Source: Chloroflexota bacterium
GTDB lineage: Bacteria > Chloroflexota > UBA11872 > VXOZ01
Length of the DNA stretch: 64,000 bases
Direction of reading: 5' to 3'
Assembly (NCBI GenBank): GCA_963663275.1
Contig: OY760183.1
Span: 1,696,001 to 1,760,000, forward strand
The notes beneath the pieces are model-generated. The model had not been told where the DNA came from. It ran no database searches and was given only the letters and a program-made list of their open reading frames with translations. The position numbers and the translations under genes are program-made. Positions 59,203 through 64,000 of this stretch are shown here, piece after piece (within the stretch, counting starts at the first letter, position 1; each line of letters starts with the position of its first letter).

Positions 59203-59380
59203 TGGACATGAATGCGGCCGTGTCCCCGCGGCGTTGCGGTGATGACCGCGGCCGTACACGCTGAAGGCGGCGCCGCGTCCCGGTACCGGCGCGTTCTGCT
59301 ACACTGGGGATACCTTTCCAAACCCTAATGGCGTCGATTTGCCTTACGATTAACGCGACTGCGGAGCGAAAACAGGAATC

Positions 59381-61123
59381 ATGAGACGTTCAACCTTACT
59401 CTGTGAAACCCTGCGGGACGATCCCGCGGAAGCGGACGTGCCCAACCACAAGCTGCTGGTGCGCGGCTGCTACATCCGGCAACTAGCCTCCGGCATCTAC
59501 AGCCTGCTGCCGCTGGGCGCGCGGGTGGCGGCCAAGATCGAACAGGTGCTGCGCGCGGAGATGGACGCCATCGGCGGGCAGGAACTCATCATGCCGGTGG
59601 TGCAGCCCGCCGAGATCTGGCAGCAGTCGCGCCGGTGGTACGACATCGGCGACGACCTGGTGCGGCTGAAAGACCGGGCCGACCACGACCTGGTGCTGGC
59701 GATGACCCACGAGGAGGTGATCACCAGTCTCATCGGCTACAATGTCCACTCCTACCGCCAACTGCCGGTGATGCTCTACCAGATCCAGACGAAGTTCCGC
59801 GATGAGCCGCGCCCCCGCGCCGGGGCGATTCGGCTGCGCGAGTTTACGATGAAAGACGCCTACAGCGCCCACGTCTCCCAGGAGGACCTGGACAGTTACT
59901 ATCCGGAGGTGTACCAGGCCTATTTCAACATCTTCCGCCGCTGCGGGCTGGAGGTGATGGCGGTGGATTCCGACGTGGGCATGATGGGCGGCACCATGGC
60001 GCACGAGTTCATGTCGCTGACGCCGGTGGGGGAGGATACGCTGGCGCTCTGCGACGCCTGCGGCCTGAGCGCGAACCGGCAGATTGCGACCTTTCGCAAG
60101 GACGTAATCGACGGCGGCGCGCCGCAACCGCTGGAGGAAGTCGCGACGCCGGATACCAAGACGATCGCCGACCTGGCGATATTGCTGGACGTGCCTGAGG
60201 CCAGCACGGCGAAGGCCGCTTTCTTCATGGGCGACCGGGGCCTGATCTTCGCGGTGGTGCGTGGCGACATGGAGGTGAACGAGACCAAGCTGGTGAACGC
60301 CACGAAATCGACGGCGGTGCGGCCCGCTACCGATGCGGAACTGAGGGAATACGGGATTGTGGCGGGGTACGCCTCGCCGATTGGCGTGACCGGCGCGCAG
60401 GTGGTGGTGGATGACCTAGCGGCGGAGTCGACGAACCTGGTGGCCGGCGCGAACAAGGAAGGCTACCATCTGCGCAACGTGAACTACGGCCGCGACTATG
60501 AAGCCGACGTGGTGGCGGATATTGCCAGCGCGTACGAAGGCGCGCCTTGCCCGGATTGCGGCGGGCCGCTGCGCTTGGAGCGCGCGATCGAGGTGGGCAA
60601 CATCTTCAAGCTGGGCACGAAGTACGCGGCGGCGCTCAAGGCCCAGTACCGCGATGAGGCCGGCAAGCAGCATCCGATGGTGATGGGCTGCTACGGCATC
60701 GGCGTGGAACGCTTGATGGCGGCGATTGTGGAAGCCTCGCACGACGAGCGCGGCATCATCTGGCCGGTGGCAGTGGCGCCCTACCACGTCTACCTGGTGG
60801 TCCTGAACCAGAACGACGCGACGGTGATGGAGGCCGCCGAGCGCCTCTACGCCGACCTGGGCGCGGCCGGCATTACCGTGCTCTTCGACGACCGCAACGA
60901 AAGCCCCGGCGTGAAGTTCACCGACGCCGACCTGCTGGGCATGCCGCTGCGCATTACGGTCAGCCGCCGCACGCTGAAGAACGAGTCGATTGAACTCAAG
61001 CTGCGCACGGATAAGGACTTTACCCTGGTGCCGCTGGCGGAAGCGGTCGCGCGGGCGCAGGCGCAGATCGGCGCGCTGCAAGAGGCCATCGACGCGCGGG
61101 TGGTGGCGGAAGCGTTCGCGTAG
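59381..61123 (+). CDS. proS: Proline--tRNA ligase (bacterial type with editing insertion)
   Basis: THEE, FRDEPRPR, REFTMKDAYS, EVGNIFKLG, MGCYGIG. Confidence 0.97.
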   Translation: MRRSTLLCETLRDDPAEADVPNHKLLVRGCYIRQLASGIYSLLPLGARVAAKIEQVLRAEMDAIGGQELIMPVVQPAEIWQQSRRWYDIGDDLVRLKDRADHDLVLAMTHEEVITSLIGYNVHSYRQLPVMLYQIQTKFRDEPRPRAGAIRLREFTMKDAYSAHVSQEDLDSYYPEVYQAYFNIFRRCGLEVMAVDSDVGMMGGTMAHEFMSLTPVGEDTLALCDACGLSANRQIATFRKDVIDGGAPQPLEEVATPDTKTIADLAILLDVPEASTAKAAFFMGDRGLIFAVVRGDMEVNETKLVNATKSTAVRPATDAELREYGIVAGYASPIGVTGAQVVVDDLAAESTNLVAGANKEGYHLRNVNYGRDYEADVVADIASAYEGAPCPDCGGPLRLERAIEVGNIFKLGTKYAAALKAQYRDEAGKQHPMVMGCYGIGVERLMAAIVEASHDERGIIWPVAVAPYHVYLVVLNQNDATVMEAAERLYADLGAAGITVLFDDRNESPGVKFTDADLLGMPLRITVSRRTLKNESIELKLRTDKDFTLVPLAEAVARAQAQIGALQEAIDARVVAEAFA

Positions 61124-61372
61124 AGCGGCGGTTCACCGTCTTGAATGCCCTCTCGCCGTCGCGCTGACGGGTGGGTGTGTTACCCCAATTCGCCGGAGGC
61201 GGCTAGCCTTGTTTTGCTACGTCTTACCTCGTGAGCGGCAAGTTGCGCCGGCGGTGACACTCTATTCCTCCTCAGCACGTCGTCTCCTTGCCGTTCATGC
61301 TTCGACGAGCTCAGCACGAACGGCAATGTGGCGACGGGGCGGCCACACATCGACGATCCAACCGTGGACGCT

Positions 61373-62281
61373 TCATGAGAGCGAACCGGGCGGTTGCACT
61401 TCCAGTTCGATGCGCAGGTCGAGGGTCCAGCGCGCCTGGCTGAGGTAGGTGGCGAAGTCCATGAGCCGGAAGCCGAGCGTCTGTTCCATTGTTGCGATCT
61501 CCGCGGTGAAGCCGTCTTTCCAGAGCCAGTCGTAGTACGCCGCGTAGTCGGCGCCCATGCTTTCCGCCACCCACTCCGGCGGGAGCGGATAGAAGTCGAC
61601 GTTTCGGCCGATTGCGGCACCGATAACATGGGCGATTTCTTCCCAGGTGAGCGCGTCGCCTGCCAGGTCAAGAGTTTTCCCTGCCCATTTCTCCGGCGCG
61701 GCCAACACCGCAGCGGCGGCGCGGCCGATGTCATCCACGGCCACGAGTTGGGTGGCCACGTGGGGCGGCATAGGGGCGTGGAGCCGCCCCGCCAGCAGGT
61801 TGCCCGCCAGCGCGTCCGCGCCGAAGTTATCCATGAAGAAGACCGGGCGCAGGATGGTCCAGGATAGGCCGCTGGCGCGGAGATATTGCTCGGCGCGATG
61901 CTTTTGCGCGTAGTGCGGTACGTTAGACAGCCCTTCCGCGCGCTGAACTGACGAGTACACCACGTGCTGTACGTTGGCATCCCGCGCGGCATCGATGCAG
62001 GATGTGAGTTGCTGCCATTCCGCCTCCGGCCCGGCCGCGTAGGGCGTGCCCATGAGGAACGCGGATTCCACGCCTTGAAACGCGCGCCTCATCTGCTGCG
62101 GGTCGGTCATGTCGCCCACCACCACCTGCGCACCGGCGGCTACAAGCGCCTCGGCGCGAGCGAAGTCGCGTGTGAGAGCGCGCACGGTGTGTCCGGCGGC
62201 CAACAGGGCGCGCGCCACCGCGCCGCCTTGTTGTCCGGTAGCGCCGGTTACGAGCGTGATGGCGTTTGGGTTAGGCACCAC
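61373..62281 (-). CDS. NmrA/HSCARG family protein
   Basis: VTGATGQQGGAV, VVYSSV, VPHY..K, LRPVFFMDN. Confidence 0.9.
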   Translation of the reverse strand: MVPNPNAITLVTGATGQQGGAVARALLAAGHTVRALTRDFARAEALVAAGAQVVVGDMTDPQQMRRAFQGVESAFLMGTPYAAGPEAEWQQLTSCIDAARDANVQHVVYSSVQRAEGLSNVPHYAQKHRAEQYLRASGLSWTILRPVFFMDNFGADALAGNLLAGRLHAPMPPHVATQLVAVDDIGRAAAAVLAAPEKWAGKTLDLAGDALTWEEIAHVIGAAIGRNVDFYPLPPEWVAESMGADYAAYYDWLWKDGFTAEIATMEQTLGFRLMDFATYLSQARWTLDLRIELEVQPPGSLS

Positions 62282-62358
62282 TATGCCTTCCTTTCCCTGT
62301 CTTTGCGCCGGTGAATCGTACCACGAGCGGTGGTATAGTGGGAAAAGGAGGCAACACG

Positions 62359-62799
62359 ATGGAGAATCTGAGACGAACGACGGCGGATGAGCACGCAGCC
62401 CTTAGCCGCCGGTTTGTTCGCCAGGCGCAGGAAGAATTCGACAAGGGCGACCGCTTGCAGGCCTCGGAGAAGGCCTGGGGCGCGGCGGCGCACGCGGTCA
62501 AGGCGGTCGCCTCAGAGAGAGGCTGGAATCACGATTCGCACAGATTGCTCTTCGACGTGGTGACTCAACTCTCCCGCGACACGGCAAACGCGGCATTGAG
62601 CGCTCTCTTCAGAGAGGCAAGTTCTTTGCATCAAAACTTCTATGAAAACTGGCAGTCGGACGGTTCGGTGCAGGACGGCATCAACCAAGTGAAGAGGCTG
62701 GTCGAGATGCTGGAAGAGATCCGCGCTCAGCCCATGCAGCCGTCGGTTGTGCTCGATCCCAAGCAGTGGGAGCGTCTCACGCGCGGGCCTGCTGAATAG
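62359..62799 (+). CDS. PaREP1 family protein (HEPN-like), copy 1
   Basis: GDRLQASEKAWGAAAHAVKA...LHQNFYE signature; RBS AAGGAGG. Confidence 0.85.
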   Translation: MENLRRTTADEHAALSRRFVRQAQEEFDKGDRLQASEKAWGAAAHAVKAVASERGWNHDSHRLLFDVVTQLSRDTANAALSALFREASSLHQNFYENWQSDGSVQDGINQVKRLVEMLEEIRAQPMQPSVVLDPKQWERLTRGPAE

Positions 62800-62890
62800 G
62801 CCTTCACTCACCATGCATACCGCCTCAGCAATGGGGCGCGCCGCCAGGTCTCACCAAGAGCGGTGGTTTAGCGGGAGAAGGGGGCGGGCA

Positions 62891-63331
62891 ATGGAGAATC
62901 TGAGACGAACGACGGCGGATGAGCACGCGGCCCTCAGCCGCCGGTTTGTTCGCCAGGCGCAGGAAGAATTCGACAAGGGTGACCGGCTCCAGGCCTCGGA
63001 GAAGGCCTGGGGCGCGGCGGCCCACGCGGTCAAGGCGGTCGCCGGGGAAAGAGGCTGGAATAGTAACACGCATAGACTGCTCTTCGACATTGTGGACCAA
63101 ATCGCCCGCGACGTGGATTCCTCGGAATTGCGCGGGCTCTTTCACGCCGCGAATTCTTTGCACCAAAACTTCTACGAGAACTGGCAACCGGACGGTTTAG
63201 TGCAGGAAGGCATCAACCAGGTGAAGACGCTGGTGGAGTTGCTGGAGGAGATTCGCGCACAGCCCATGCAGCCGTCGGTTGTGCTCGATCCCAGGCAGTG
63301 GGAGCGGCTCACGCGGTCGCGGGCGGGGTAG
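62891..63331 (+). CDS. PaREP1 family protein (HEPN-like), copy 2
   Basis: Tandem duplicate with 532-bp period, same 146-aa length. Confidence 0.85.
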   Translation: MENLRRTTADEHAALSRRFVRQAQEEFDKGDRLQASEKAWGAAAHAVKAVAGERGWNSNTHRLLFDIVDQIARDVDSSELRGLFHAANSLHQNFYENWQPDGLVQEGINQVKTLVELLEEIRAQPMQPSVVLDPRQWERLTRSRAG

Positions 63332-63399
63332 CCGCGCCGGTGTCATTTGCGCTAATGGCCTTGCCCGAGATGGCGTCTGGCCTTGCTTCCCAGAGGCGG

Positions 63400-63546
63400 G
63401 GGACAGGGGTTAATATTCTATGATCGACTTCACGTGTCATTCCGAACGGAGCGCAGCGGAGAGAGGAATCTAGGGCAAAGAGCCGCAAGTCCAGTTCCCT
63501 TAGATTCCTCGCTCCGGTCGGAATGACAGTTACATACCCCTGTCAG
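63400..63546. mobile_element. Degenerate MITE family A copy
   Basis: GACAGGGGT...TACCCCTGTCAG ends, internal GTCATTCCGA doublet, flanks CCAGAGGCGG/CCAAAGGCGG. Confidence 0.6.
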
Positions 63547-63645
63547 CCAAAGGCGGGGGACAAGCCCCCGCGCTACAACTCGTAGACCGGGCTAAGTTTG
63601 GCGTTGTCAAGGGAACGCCCGCCGAATCCAGACTCTTGGGCTTTG

Positions 63646-64000
63646 TCAGCGGGGGACGGGTATGCCGGTCGTATGCAGGCGGATGCGGTAGAGGCCGGTG
63701 CGGGCCGTGACGTAGAGGGTGCACAGGTCGTCTCCGCCCCAGGCCAGGTTGGCGGGTTGCTCGTCGCCGATGATGCGTCCGAGCACGCGGCCCGCCGCAT
63801 TCATCACCCACACGCCGCCCGGGCCGGTGCAGAAGACGTTGCCGTTGGTGTCCACCTTCATGCCGTCGGGACTGCCTTCATCGCTTGAGGTCATGTCCGT
63901 CCACAGGCGGCCGTCGGCCAGCGAGCCGTCGGCGTTCACCGTGAACGCGCGAATGTGGCGGCGGCGGCTGTCGTCGACGTAGAGCGTCTTCTCATCGGGT
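63646..64000 (-). CDS. SMP-30/gluconolactonase family protein (5' end outside the window)
   Basis: TLYVDDS, PDGMKVD..GNVFCTGPGGVWV, PANLAWGG, LYVTA. Confidence 0.9.
   Translation of the reverse strand, partial: PDEKTLYVDDSRRRHIRAFTVNADGSLADGRLWTDMTSSDEGSPDGMKVDTNGNVFCTGPGGVWVMNAAGRVLGRIIGDEQPANLAWGGDDLCTLYVTARTGLYRIRLHTTGIPVPR

Noticed and set aside
59210-59380. T-box leader before proS
   Set aside because: No T-box consensus or terminator, and a TACACT -10 lies only about 75 bp from the start codon

Overview
GC-rich bacterial chromosomal window, most likely from a Chloroflexota genome. The taxonomy is an inference from Tat-lipoprotein solute-binding proteins, the Cys-flanked LysM protein, PaREP1 genes, many Gfo/Idh/MocA and PhyH paralogs and dense palindromic intergenic repeats. 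It contains housekeeping genes (partial hflK, ferritin, accD/accA, nagB, rsmG, lepB, radC, greA, acnA, split transketolase, proS), tRNA-Gly(CCC), tRNA-Leu(CAG) and many catabolic oxidoreductases. There is no CRISPR array, rRNA, complete transposase or prophage. The most striking region (about 3.0-17.9 kb) is a probable metal-starvation locus. It has a ZnuABC-type importer whose binding protein carries a whole AztD-like domain inside its His-rich loop. It also has an Opp/Nik-type ABC importer, two homologous copies of a promoter with a Fur/Zur-type palindrome (one followed by a dead Tat-lipoprotein gene stub), a divergent SAM methyltransferase and an MMPL-LysM fusion. Other oddities are GreA fused to an integrase core-binding-like domain, an ACG start on a LepB fusion, a frameshifted rsmG, a 23-bp tandem array, two MITE families that insert into REP hairpins and into each other, an M20 hydrolase with altered metal ligands, and tandem PaREP1 genes. 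All functional calls are from motif recognition by eye; no database searches were run.
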